This document shows positions 22,701-30,687 of a stretch of DNA of 32,569 nucleotides, in pieces. The notes beneath the pieces are model-generated. The model was not told the DNA's origin and did no database searches. It was given only the letters and a program-made list of their open reading frames with translations. The stretch is from an uncultured virus (IMG/VR IMGVR_UViG_2049941000_000863) (lineage: Duplodnaviria > Heunggongvirae > Uroviricota > Caudoviricetes). The position numbers were made by a program, and so were the translations under genes. The stretch lies in the IMG/VR virus record IMGVR_UViG_2049941000_000863; one strand, 5' to 3'. The number at the start of each line of letters is the position of its first letter. Position 1 is the first letter of the stretch.

Positions 22701-25644
22701 GGGCATCGATTTGCACGCTGTCGAGCGTTATGTCATGATTAAACACGGACTGGAGCGTAACGAGGTTTTTGCCAAGCGTGACGCACGCGAGTTCTATCAG
22801 GACGCACACGACAAGGCTGTGAATGCTATCGAAAACTCCGACAAGATTGACGACGAGATGAAGAAAACGCTCATCGGAAAGGAGGACGCGAAACTGACGA
22901 AACATTTCGAGGCCATTGATGCCGGAACCGACAGGAAGTATCTTGAACTTCGCGAACAGGACTATGGCGGTCTTACTGCGATGTATTCCGAATACGACCC
23001 CATCGAGCCGTTCATGGAAGGCGTGGAGTCCGAGGAAGAATACCAGGCCCGCGTGCTGAAAGCCCGTCATCCAAAGTACACATACACCGATGAGGCCGGT
23101 CGCGAGCATGTGGACATGGCCGCTACCGAGGAAGCGGCTCAGCAGGAAGTGAACGAGTTCGAGAATGGCCATGACGCTGCCGTCAAGGAACTCTGGAAGC
23201 GCATCAATGCCGCGACAAAGAGCACGCTGAAACACCAGTACGACGCGAACATGATGAGCCGCGAACAGTACCAGGCCGTCAGCGGCATGTTCAAGTATTA
23301 TGTTCCGCTGCGTGGGTTTGCCGACAATACCGCAGAGGACATGTACGACTACTACCAGTCCGACCAGCGTAACGACTTCACGCCGCCACTCCTGAAAGCG
23401 AAGGGCCGTAGCACCGAGGCGGAATCGCCTTTCGGATACATCGGCTCTATGGCTTCCAGCGGTATCGCTGCGGACATGAAGAACGAGACCAAACTGGCCC
23501 TGTACTACTTCGTGTCGAACCGGGCGGAGAATGACCTTGTGACAATTTCCGAGGTATGGTATAAGAATACCGGCGTGGACGAATTTGGTAAGCGCATCTT
23601 CACTCCCGTATATCCCCCGTTCAAGGAAGACTTGAGCGGAGAAGATGCAAAGCGGGCCTATGAGGAATGGGAAAAGCAGATGCAGGAGGAAGCAAAGGCC
23701 GGATTTGCTTTCAAGGGTGGAAAGAAACTGAACCTGAAAGGCAGCGTAATCCATATAGACGAAAGCCAGAAGACTTCCCATGTTATCAAGTTCAAGGTTG
23801 GTGGCCGCGACATGATGATGTACATCAACGGGAATCCCCGTGCGGCGCAGGCTATCAACAACGAACTGAATGTGGAAATGAGCGCTGACTATCAGAAGGT
23901 GTTTGGCAAGGTGTTGCGCTGGTTCTCCGGCATCAACACCAGTTACAACCCTGAGTTCTGGCTGTCCAATGCACAAAGGGATATACTGTTTGCCCTCATG
24001 TCGGTCAATGTGAAGGAAGATCCGGAATACAACGAAGCATTCCGAAAGAATCTCGGCCAACTTGTCAAGGCGACACTGACTCCTGGAAAGAAAGGAGGCG
24101 CGTATTCGTTGAAGAAGAAACTGGATAGCGGAGAACTCGGTGACGAGCGTCTTGACAGGCTCTATAAGGAGTTTGTCGAGAATGGTGGGGTTACCGGCTA
24201 TACCACCCTCAAAAACAATGAGGAATGGGAACTGGAACTCCGCAAGTTCACAGGCGACCAGAAGAAAGCGATGCAGGCCGTAAAGACCGTATTCGAGAAG
24301 GTGCAGCACTTCGGCGAGGCAATCGAGCAGATGACGCGGTTCTCCGCTTACATCACCGCCCGTGAACAGGGTAAGGAAATCAAGGATGCCGTGAACGATG
24401 CGAAGGAACTCACCGTGAACTTCAACCGAAAGGGAAGCGGTAAGGCAATCTCGTTCAAGGAGGCAGGACGGCTCCGTACGAAGGACGGCAAGAAACTGAC
24501 CGCCCTCCAGAAGGCTTTTGTCGTGGGTGCGTCTTGGATTCCGGTATATGGGCGCAGATTCATCATGTTCTTCAACGCATCGACGCAGGGCTTGAACGCC
24601 ATGTTCAAACTATACAAGAAGGACGGAAAGAGGATGGCCCTGTGGACGGCTGGGTTCTTTGCTCTCGGTGTGATACAGGCGGCAATCCACGCTATGCTGG
24701 ACGACGATGATGATTATCTTGACATTCCGGACTATGAGCGCAGGAACAACCTCCTGATAGGTGGGAATGGCGTGTACTTCAAATGGGCGATTCCGCAGGA
24801 GGCCCGCGTGTTCTACGCCATCGGCGACATGGTTGTCAATCATGCTCTCGGTCGTGAACCTCATAAGGCTTCGGTTGGCGGTTGGGCCGGAGAGATTGCA
24901 TCAGTCCTTTCCGACATCGCCCCGCTCAATCCTTCCGGAGGTCTCGCTGCCCTGGCTCCGTCCGCACTTACGCCAGTCGTAGAGGTCGCAATGAACCGCG
25001 ACTACAAGGGCGCGAAGATTTTCAACGATCTGCGCTACCTTTCAGATGAGGAACGGAAGCGCACGCCGGCCTACCAGCGTGCGTTCCAGGGAACCGGCAG
25101 GGTTTATGTCCTCCTGTCCCAGTTTGCGAACTGGATGACCGGTGGAGACTATGCCGATGCCGGGTGGATTAACCCCGTCAATAACCCTGCCGCATGGGAA
25201 CATATCCTACAAGGTGCGACGGGTGGCGCAGGTACGACTATCGGCAAGTTCTATCGTGGTACATTCGGCCAGATTCTTGGTGAGGACTTCTCCGTGCGCA
25301 ATACCCCGTTCCTGTCCCGTCTGGTCACGGTCACGGACGACCGATACCGGAACGCGCACACCACGGAGTTGTTCGACTACTACAAGGCCGAGGCCGAACA
25401 CACGAAGAAGATGATTAACACCTATCGTAAGAACGGGGACGAAAAGAAACTTGACCGCATTTATGAGAGCGAGGACTATGAGATCATGAATATTTACGAT
25501 TCTTACAAGTCCCAGTTCCAGTACTACAACGACGAACTTAAGGCAACCACCGACAAGAAAGACCGCAAGGCCCTCATGAGGGAACAGGATGCGGTACGGA
25601 AGGAAATGATTCTTGAAATCTCTAACATCGGTAAGAATGATTAA
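1798..25644 (+). CDS. Giant polyvalent virion/ejection protein (~8,000 aa), fragmented by scaffold gaps; start lies in the 845-1797 gap
   Basis: Every contig from 1798 to the TAA at 25642-25644 has one stop-free + frame from edge to edge, and frames change only at N gaps. Domains straddle gaps (ParB, methylase-helicase, peptidase). The domain set and C-terminal LPD38 match the polyvalent-protein class of Iyer et al. 2017. Segment 3352-3988 is probably not part of it. Confidence 0.8.
3352..3988 (+). CDS. Coding fragment between two 10-N gaps; probably the misplaced C-terminal part of the 396 gene
   Basis: Open frame YQTATAPMNVKMQTAKEAGAAR...RQLEEQAAARRESAAARRENAA...GSGGGSG...DLINSLFS. Composition resembles the 396 protein, and 637 bp would fit in the 953-N gap. 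Confidence 0.55.
5418..6688 (+). other. DdrB-like ParB domain of the giant protein
   Basis: NDRDYERD...ALQTPVIVSADGVVLSGNDRTMA (SGNDRT at 5691-5708) is the ParB/Srx-type GxxR motif in the form seen in ddrB-ParB domains; a helical extension continues after the gap. Confidence 0.75.
6575..6582 (+). promoter_or_regulatory. Intragenic Bacteroidetes-type -7 promoter element (TATCTTTG)
   Basis: Exact TAnnTTTG match, built from codons unusual for this gene (CTA TCT TTG), ~110 nt upstream of the nested ATG at 6689. No clear -33 TTTG. Confidence 0.4.
6689..6838 (+). CDS. Candidate nested (+1 frame) 49-aa ORF after the ParB domain
   Basis: MTPESSTTLPNGQRNNESPQNRQAQQTGQSPQQKQNKLLLLFKAVREAR*. It spans a low-complexity linker of the main frame that is rich in A-ending codons. 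Confidence 0.45.
   Translation: MTPESSTTLPNGQRNNESPQNRQAQQTGQSPQQKQNKLLLLFKAVREAR
9414..9421 (+). promoter_or_regulatory. Intragenic Bacteroidetes-type -7 promoter element (TAACTTTG, followed by CA)
   Basis: Exact TAnnTTTG in an AT-rich linker upstream of the zeta-like domain and the nested ORFs at 10239, 10878 and 11810. Confidence 0.5.
9770..10443 (+). other. Zeta-toxin-like P-loop kinase domain of the giant protein
   Basis: Walker A GRPAGGKS (9797-9820), IIDSDIVK, GENIVIP, GYSVELCF, RAASRFARTGRYL: motif order typical of zeta/PezT-family kinases. Confidence 0.8.
10239..10443 (+). CDS. Candidate nested (+1 frame) small helical protein, putative antitoxin of the zeta-like domain; 3' end in or after the gap (at most 10601)
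   Basis: MNYLKDKYKSYEEGLAAYLEWEESMLEPYEKPATEQDKAMWTKSFKRLWEKEEL..., with genome-typical codons (AAG, TAC, CTG, GAG, GCC) and an A-rich leader. The main frame here reads as G/R-rich off-frame text. Confidence 0.65.
10878..11012 (+). CDS. Candidate nested (+1 frame) 44-aa basic ORF
   Basis: MPNNKPMSRQQQIQQLLSAKRHLLQSKRNLLRKQRAQESKQPQK*, with an A-rich leader (A at -3) and LL repeated every 7 residues. Could be a shadow of an Ala/Glu-rich main frame. Confidence 0.35.
   Translation: MPNNKPMSRQQQIQQLLSAKRHLLQSKRNLLRKQRAQESKQPQK
11810..11974 (+). CDS. Candidate nested (+1 frame) 54-aa helical protein just before the methylase domain
   Basis: MTVVNNHKEYQQALEAKAKALGKKVSDLTEAEKEDARETFMAAHGLCDLDMMIP*. 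Nearly all codons end in G/C like the genome's real genes; A at -3. The main frame is a G/R/S-rich linker with atypical A-ending codons. Confidence 0.7.
   Translation: MTVVNNHKEYQQALEAKAKALGKKVSDLTEAEKEDARETFMAAHGLCDLDMMIP
12040..13110 (+). other. N6-adenine DNA methyltransferase domain (DarB-like)
   Basis: ANIAAIRLLK...LRQYTGWGGL, AYYTP, motif I ILEGSAGTG (12331-12357), motif IV variant NVPF (12532-12543), AFRLNNETF...TSDIIVVRK. Confidence 0.9.
14600..16030 (+). other. SF2 (SNF2-like) helicase domain, DarB-like; second RecA lobe not visible (gap at 15902-15911)
   Basis: Walker A AHEVGTGKT (14675-14701), Walker B DEAH (15257-15268), motif III ATGTP (~15410-15424). Confidence 0.9.
16870..17600 (+). 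other. Zincin-like metallopeptidase (MPTase-type) domain 1
   Basis: KGAY...VRINL...ETLLHEGVAHFGLR (HEGVAH 17031-17048), followed by an AAEE helix. Confidence 0.7.
17630..18121 (+). other. MuF-C-terminal / PBECR-like putative RNase domain
   Basis: LGLPGAILRSVGVPNMPINL...LVDAINNPIAVF...LEINSIRTVYPK pattern recalled from MuF-C/BECR-fold domains of polyvalent proteins. Confidence 0.6.
20580..21070 (+). other. LPD23 domain plus HExxH metallopeptidase domain 2
   Basis: AKKM...IKRATGWEVGRDGKWRYE (LPD23 signature), then LFTEYPEL...RGYYNP...MLHEIQHVIQHIEGFAQGGN (HEIQH 21015-21029). Confidence 0.8.
21880..22300 (+). other. Zincin-like metallopeptidase domain 3 (paralogous to domain 1)
   Basis: RTVLHEGVGHNGLR (HEGVGH 21916-21933)...STEEWLAE. 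Confidence 0.7.
24300..25400 (+). other. LPD38-type C-terminal domain
   Basis: AKELTVNFNRKG...FFNASTQG, a hydrophobic helix, DDYLDIPDYERRNNL...IPQE...PVVEVAMNRDYKGAKI. Boundaries approximate. Confidence 0.75.
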
Positions 25645-28453
25645 GAAAATCCAATTACGCGGCATCTCGCGCACCCCGTCGGACAGGCTCACTTCCGNNN
25701 NNNNNNNNNNNNNNNNNNNNNNNNNNNNNNNNNNNNNNNNNNNNNNNNNNNNNNNNNNCGCTGAGAGCCTGAATGTACAACTGCAAGCCGGCGAAATCGC
25801 TCCGATGGCAAAGCCTGTAAAGGCGAAGGACGGAAACGGGAACGAGATAAATGTCAGTGGGGACATTCTTTATATCCACAAGGGTATTGGGTACGAAAAC
25901 CTAATTTACCAATCCGGGAGCGAACTCCGATATTCTGTGATTCTCCCGAAGGGCGAGGGAACGGACGGCCTCGTTTATGATGGGTTTGAGGCCGGCGAGG
26001 AAATCAATGACATAACCGCCATCGGCAACACGCTCATCATCTCGTCCACGAAGGATATGTACTATATCCTCTGGAAGGAAGGCTCGTACCGTCTTATCGG
26101 CAACCAGATTCCCGTTCCCAGCATCGGGTTCCGGATCGGGGAACTTTCTTCACCCCGCGAGGTTCCGGTCGTTGAAGATTTCGATGACCCGCCAACGGAT
26201 ACCGAATTTGGGCTTTCTCGCCTGGGCGATGATATGGTAATATTTCCTCACGAGAATATCGGCGATGTGACGAATTATGGTTATTCCGCAAAGAAATATG
26301 TTTTCGACCCCGATTTNNNNNNNNNNTTGATTTGACATGGGGAGAGATTGACAGGCAGTTAGCGGATATATCCAGGAGCGGCAAGGCGGTGTTTCCGATG
26401 TTCGTCCGCTATGCTGTACGGCTTTACGACGGTACGCATTATGCGCAGTCGATCCCGGTCCTTCTCGGTGCCGACATAGAGAAGTTCGTGGACGAGAAAG
26501 GTGTCGTTTTTCAAGGACTTCGCATAAGCGGAGACGGAACGGAAAAACACGTGATGACCGTGGCGGCCACCTTCGTCAAGTTGGCAGAGCCGTATTCAAT
26601 CGTGATAGACGAGGTCTCCGGTGATTTGTACGAAGGCTGGGAGGACATCGTGAAATCCGTGGATATTTTCGTTTCTCCCCAGATGAAACCCGTACAAAGG
26701 AACGCCGCAAGGTTCGATATGAAATACGCAAGGCAGCAGGGGACGCCCGGCGCTATAAACACCGGGGCCAACTGGTATAAGATAGATAACTTCGTTCTCG
26801 ATCCGTTCTATATGGAGGAGAATCAGGAGAAACTGGTTTTGAACCACCAGAACACCTTCCTTGCAAAATCTTTCACATTGGAGGAGTTCGGGAACTTATC
26901 GTCTGGCTATGTGCTTGACATCGACACTTCCTCGGACTATATCCTGGTGCAGGAGGCGTTGAAAGAGACACCGCGCAGCATGCACCACACCAAGGGCAAC
27001 NNNNNNNNNNCTTATGACCGACACGGAACAGGTGTTGTATGGGGGTTATCCGTTCATCCATTCCTCGAAGTGGATTGCGCCGAGCAATCCAACCCAGGCC
27101 CGCTACGGTTTCGTGTTCTACCTACGCGGAGAGAACGGCGAGAATATCGTCGTAACAAAGAATGTGAACGGCGGCGAGGAAATCACCGCAAGGCGCAGGG
27201 CAATAGTGGAAGGTTCACAAGACCAGTACGAGGAATTCCCGACCGCATGGTTCGCCTATCCCGATTCCCGGTGCTATCGAATGGAAATTTACATGTACTC
27301 CTGGCAGACGATGGTCGCATCGCTTCAGATGCGTCCGCTTGATCAGGCGGATGTGGCCTACGCCTTCATTGGTTTCGGACAGCAGAGGGGTTACAGCCTT
27401 GCCATGTATCGACCTTCGGAGAACAATCTTTACAAGCAGCCGAACACCCTGCTGGTCTCCAAGGCAAACAACCCTTTCGTGTTCCCCGTGGAGGATTCAG
27501 TAACATTCACGGCTGGCGAGATACTGAACCTTGCCGTGGCTACGAAGGCCCTCTCCGAAGGACAGTTCGGACAGTTCCCTCTCTATGTGTTCACGGATGA
27601 GGGCGTGTTTGCGCTCTCAGTAGGAGACGAGGGCCAGTTTAGGAACGCTCATACTGTAAGCCGTGACATTCTCATTTCCAGTAAGGCTGTAGCCGGAATT
27701 GAACAGGGCGTTTTCTTCGCCGCCGCTCGCGGCCTTCTGCTGCTCCAGGGCTCCACGGTTACGAAAGTATCGGATGCAATCGAAGGACCTGTTTTCGACA
27801 TCGACCCCGTGCTGGCCGACAAGTTATCGGCCGACCACTTTGACGGTATGCAACTTGAACCCGCCCAGCCTTTTCACCAGTTCCTGAAGGGGTGTCATAT
27901 TGCATACGACTATGCAAGTTCTCGCATAATTCTCATGAATGATTCGTATCGGACGATGTATGTGTACAAGTTTGACACGAATACATGGCACAGGATGAAC
28001 ATGGGACTCGGNNNNNNNNNNNNNNNNNNNNNNNNNNNNNNNNNNNNNNNNNNNNNNNNNNNNNNNNNNNGCGTTCTCAACTCATTCCCGGAAGCGGCCA
28101 TAGTGATTGGCGACCAGGGCGGTCAGTCGTTGTATAACTTCTCCGTCGTGCTGGAATCCGAAGGTACGGAGGTGGCACCCGGTCTCATTTTTACCCGTTC
28201 ATTCGACCTGGGCGAATCAGATGTCCGCAAAATCATACGGAGTCTCCGAATCCGAGGCATGTTCAACAGGGGAGATGCAAGATATATCCTTCTCGGTTCG
28301 TTCGATGGGATTCACTGGAAGCAGTTACCTTCGCTGCATGGAGGTTCGTACAAGATGTTCAGTATGATCCTTCTGACGAACCTGTCGCCGGGCGAGCGAA
28401 TTTCTTGGGTGGACATCGACTACGAAACCAGATTCACGAACAAACTTCGGTAG
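25637..28453 (+). CDS. Tail tube / head-stabilisation-type structural protein (P22 gp10-like), split by gaps
   Basis: ATG at 25637 overlaps the giant gene's stop (MIKKIQLRGISRTPSD...). Beta-rich throughout; SKANNPFVFP...ATKALSEGQFGQFPLYVFTDEGVFAL is recalled from Bacteroidetes phage stabilisation proteins. Ends TAG 28451-28453. Confidence 0.7.
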
Positions 28454-28454
28454 T

Positions 28455-28499
28455 TTGGGAAAGATAGACCAAGGGGACGGCTTGCCGTCCCTATTTTCG
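28455..28499 (+). promoter_or_regulatory. Candidate phage late promoter, copy 1 (TTGGGAAAGATAGACCAAG-N22-TTCG)
   Basis: 19-bp exact repeat with 30619-30637; both copies are intergenic and have TTCG at identical spacing. Confidence 0.6.
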
Positions 28500-28502
28500 T
28501 TG
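28474..28502 (+). terminator. Probable intrinsic terminator after the tail gene
   Basis: GGGACGG-CTTG-CCGTCCC hairpin followed by TATTTTCGTT. Confidence 0.6.
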
Positions 28503-28524
28503 TGTAAACTACAACTACGCAAAA

Positions 28525-28887
28525 ATGGAACTGATTACGATTATTCTATCAAGCCTGCTTGCCCTGTTAGGAGGACTGAACATTTTCCAGTTCCTGTTCT
28601 TCCGCTCAACCAAGAAGGAGTACCAGGCGCGGGCAGAACAAGCCGTACTGGAAGCAAAGGATGCCCGATTTGAATCGTTGCAGAACCAGATACGAAGCAT
28701 GGAAGAACTATACCGCCAGCAAAGTGATACATTGGCGCAGGTTCGGAAGGAACTTCTCGACATCGCCAAAAAGAAAATGGAAAGTGACAAACGGGTCGCC
28801 CAACTCGTCCGCANNNNNNNNNNNNNNNNNNNNNNNNNNNNNNNNNNNNNNNNNNNNNNNNNNNNNNNNNNNNNNNNNCATCAATAG
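28525..28887 (+). CDS. Holin-like membrane protein (N-terminal TM helix plus coiled coil); 3' end uncertain (gap)
   Basis: MELITIILSSLLALLGGLNIFQFLFF then a charged coiled coil; directly upstream of the endolysin. Confidence 0.6.
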   Translation: MELITIILSSLLALLGGLNIFQFLFFRSTKKEYQARAEQAVLEAKDARFESLQNQIRSMEELYRQQSDTLAQVRKELLDIAKKKMESDKRVAQLVRXXXXXXXXXXXXXXXXXXXXXXHQ

Positions 28888-28890
28888 CAA

Positions 28891-29514
28891 ATGATCGTCC
28901 TCATCGACAACGGGCATGGCGTGGAAACGCGCGGCAAGGGTTCGCCGGATGCACTGAAAGGGCAGACTGGTTCGACCCTGTATTTCCGCGAGTATTCGTG
29001 GACGCGCAAGGTCTCGCAGGCTTGTTGCGATGTCCTCCAGGCGCGTGGATTACAGGCGTGGCTCCTTGTCCCGGAGGAAAATGACATCCCGCTTTCAGTC
29101 CGCACAAANNNNNNNNNNTTCTGCCGGAAATACGGCAAGGACAATGTGCTGCTCGTGTCAGTCCATAACAACGCGGCTGGAGACGGGAGCCGGTGGATGA
29201 ACGCAAGGGGTTGGTCCATCTATACCAGTCCGGGCGTTACGAAATCAGACTATCTCGCAGAGGCCATTTATCAGGTCGCGAAAAAAGAGTTTTTGAGTCC
29301 GCTCACCGTCCGAAAGAAATGGGATAAGTATCTGGAGCGAGACTTTGAGGAAAACTTCTATCTCCTTACGAATACCCTATGTCCGGCTGTCCTTGTGGAG
29401 AACTTCTTCCAGGACAACAAACTCGATGTCCGTTTCCTTCTCTCAGACAGGGGTATTGGGTCGTGCATCCATGTCATAACGCAGGGGATAGAGGACTATA
29501 TCAAAAACAAATAG
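28891..29514 (+). CDS. Endolysin, N-acetylmuramoyl-L-alanine amidase (Amidase_3)
   Basis: Zn-amidase motifs IDNGHG, FRE, VSVHNNA and PAVLVENFF; no signal peptide. Confidence 0.93.
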   Translation: MIVLIDNGHGVETRGKGSPDALKGQTGSTLYFREYSWTRKVSQACCDVLQARGLQAWLLVPEENDIPLSVRTXXXXFCRKYGKDNVLLVSVHNNAAGDGSRWMNARGWSIYTSPGVTKSDYLAEAIYQVAKKEFLSPLTVRKKWDKYLERDFEENFYLLTNTLCPAVLVENFFQDNKLDVRFLLSDRGIGSCIHVITQGIEDYIKNK

Positions 29515-29522
29515 GAAAGAAT

Positions 29523-29903
29523 ATGCAAGACAAGATTAAGTACATCAAGGATCGCCGGGGTCGCAAGCGCTATCCGGTCACACACGAAAAGGGCATCCGC
29601 GACTCCAATTGGGTGACCCTGGAGGAAAAACTGAATTTGCTCGAAGCCGCAGTCGAAAACATGCTGGATGCCGGCGGCGTGGCGGCTGCTCCGTTGATTG
29701 TCAATGGGACGGTCAATACTGGTGCTTTTACTCCTTCTGACGGCACCGACTTCGACGATGTGCGCAAGGCGCTTTCCGAAAGAGTTGTTTTCCTCAGTTA
29801 CGAGGATGACGGTGAGTCGTTCATTGACATGATTGTATATGCCAATGAAACCGAGATCGTCTCCGGCAGCAATGTGAGGTGGAGAAAAAACATGATTCAG
29901 TGA
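29523..29903 (+). CDS. Hypothetical 126-aa protein, possibly structural
   Basis: ATG 8 nt after the amidase stop (MQDKIKYIKDRRGRKRYPVTHEKGIRDSNWVTLEEKL...), ending TGA; normal codon usage. Confidence 0.7.
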   Translation: MQDKIKYIKDRRGRKRYPVTHEKGIRDSNWVTLEEKLNLLEAAVENMLDAGGVAAAPLIVNGTVNTGAFTPSDGTDFDDVRKALSERVVFLSYEDDGESFIDMIVYANETEIVSGSNVRWRKNMIQ

Positions 29904-29947
29904 GAATCCTTTTAGTTTCTCATATTGATAAGGGTTGTTTTTTGTGT

Positions 29948-29980
29948 GGCGGGGGCGTTGTGAAATGCCCCCGTCTTTTA
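29948..29980 (+). terminator. Probable intrinsic terminator / stable hairpin
   Basis: GGCGGGGGCGTT-GTGA-AATGCCCCCGTC (12-bp stem with two G-U pairs, GNRA loop) followed by TTTTA. Confidence 0.6.
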
Positions 29981-29984
29981 TCCT

Positions 29985-30604
29985 ATGAAGAAGATAATCA
30001 TATTTCTGCTGNNNNNNNNNNGTCTTGCTCCCCAAAGATTACTGAACGCATCATCACCATCACGCAAACTGAGGTGAGGGATAGTCTCGTTTGGCGGGAT
30101 ACGACCCTCTATGTCCCTATCCCTTTGGAATCCGACCAGGTTATCGTCCAAGTGGGAGACACATCACGGTTGTCCACATCGGTCGCCGAATCTGTCGCCT
30201 TCGTCGGGAATGACGGATTTCTTCATCACACTTTGGAGAACAAGCGAACACCGATTGCGTATGATTTCAAGTGGCCGGAGCGAATCTTGACCACCACCAC
30301 TANNNNNNNNNNNNNNNNNNNNNNNNNNNNNNNNNNNNNNNNNNNNNNNNNNNNNNNNNNNNNNNNNNNNNNNNNNNNNNNNNNNNNNNNNNNNNNNNNN
30401 NNNNNNNNNNNNNNNNNNNNNNNNNNNNNNNNNNNNNNNNNNNNNNNNNNNNNNNNNNNNNNNNNNNNNNNNNNNNNNNNNNNNNNNNNNNNNNNNNNNN
30501 NNNNNNNNNNNNNNNNNNNNNNNNNNNNNNNNNNNNNNNNNNNNNNNNNNNNNNNNNNNNNNNNNNNGCTGCTCGCCATGCTGGGAAAAGTGTTACCAGT
30601 TTAG
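29985..30604 (+). CDS. Lipoprotein, putative spanin (gapped; 3' end uncertain)
   Basis: ATG 29985 MKKIIIFLL-gap-SCSPK gives a signal peptide II/lipobox. The beta-rich body is RDSLVWRDTTLYVPIP...LHHTLENK, and a hydrophobic end LLAMLGKVLPV* follows the gap. Confidence 0.6.
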
Positions 30605-30618
30605 GCAAAAGAAGCCGA

Positions 30619-30663
30619 TTGGGAAAGATAGACCAAGAAACGGAGTGCATTTTATGACATTCG
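30619..30663 (+). promoter_or_regulatory. Candidate phage late promoter, copy 2
   Basis: TTGGGAAAGATAGACCAAG-N22-TTCG, ending 24 nt upstream of the portal ATG. Confidence 0.6.
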
Positions 30664-30687
30664 CAACATAAAGTGCACTTTTTCCGT

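Noticed and set aside
22684..24309. Long minus-strand ORFs (e.g. 541 aa here, 14834-15931, 12670-13437)
   Set aside because: Antisense shadows of G/C-ending coding sequence; L/V/H-rich with no recognisable motifs.
2821..27010. Apparent frameshifts or programmed recoding between consecutive large ORFs
   Set aside because: Every frame change falls on an N gap of arbitrary length; none occurs within called sequence.
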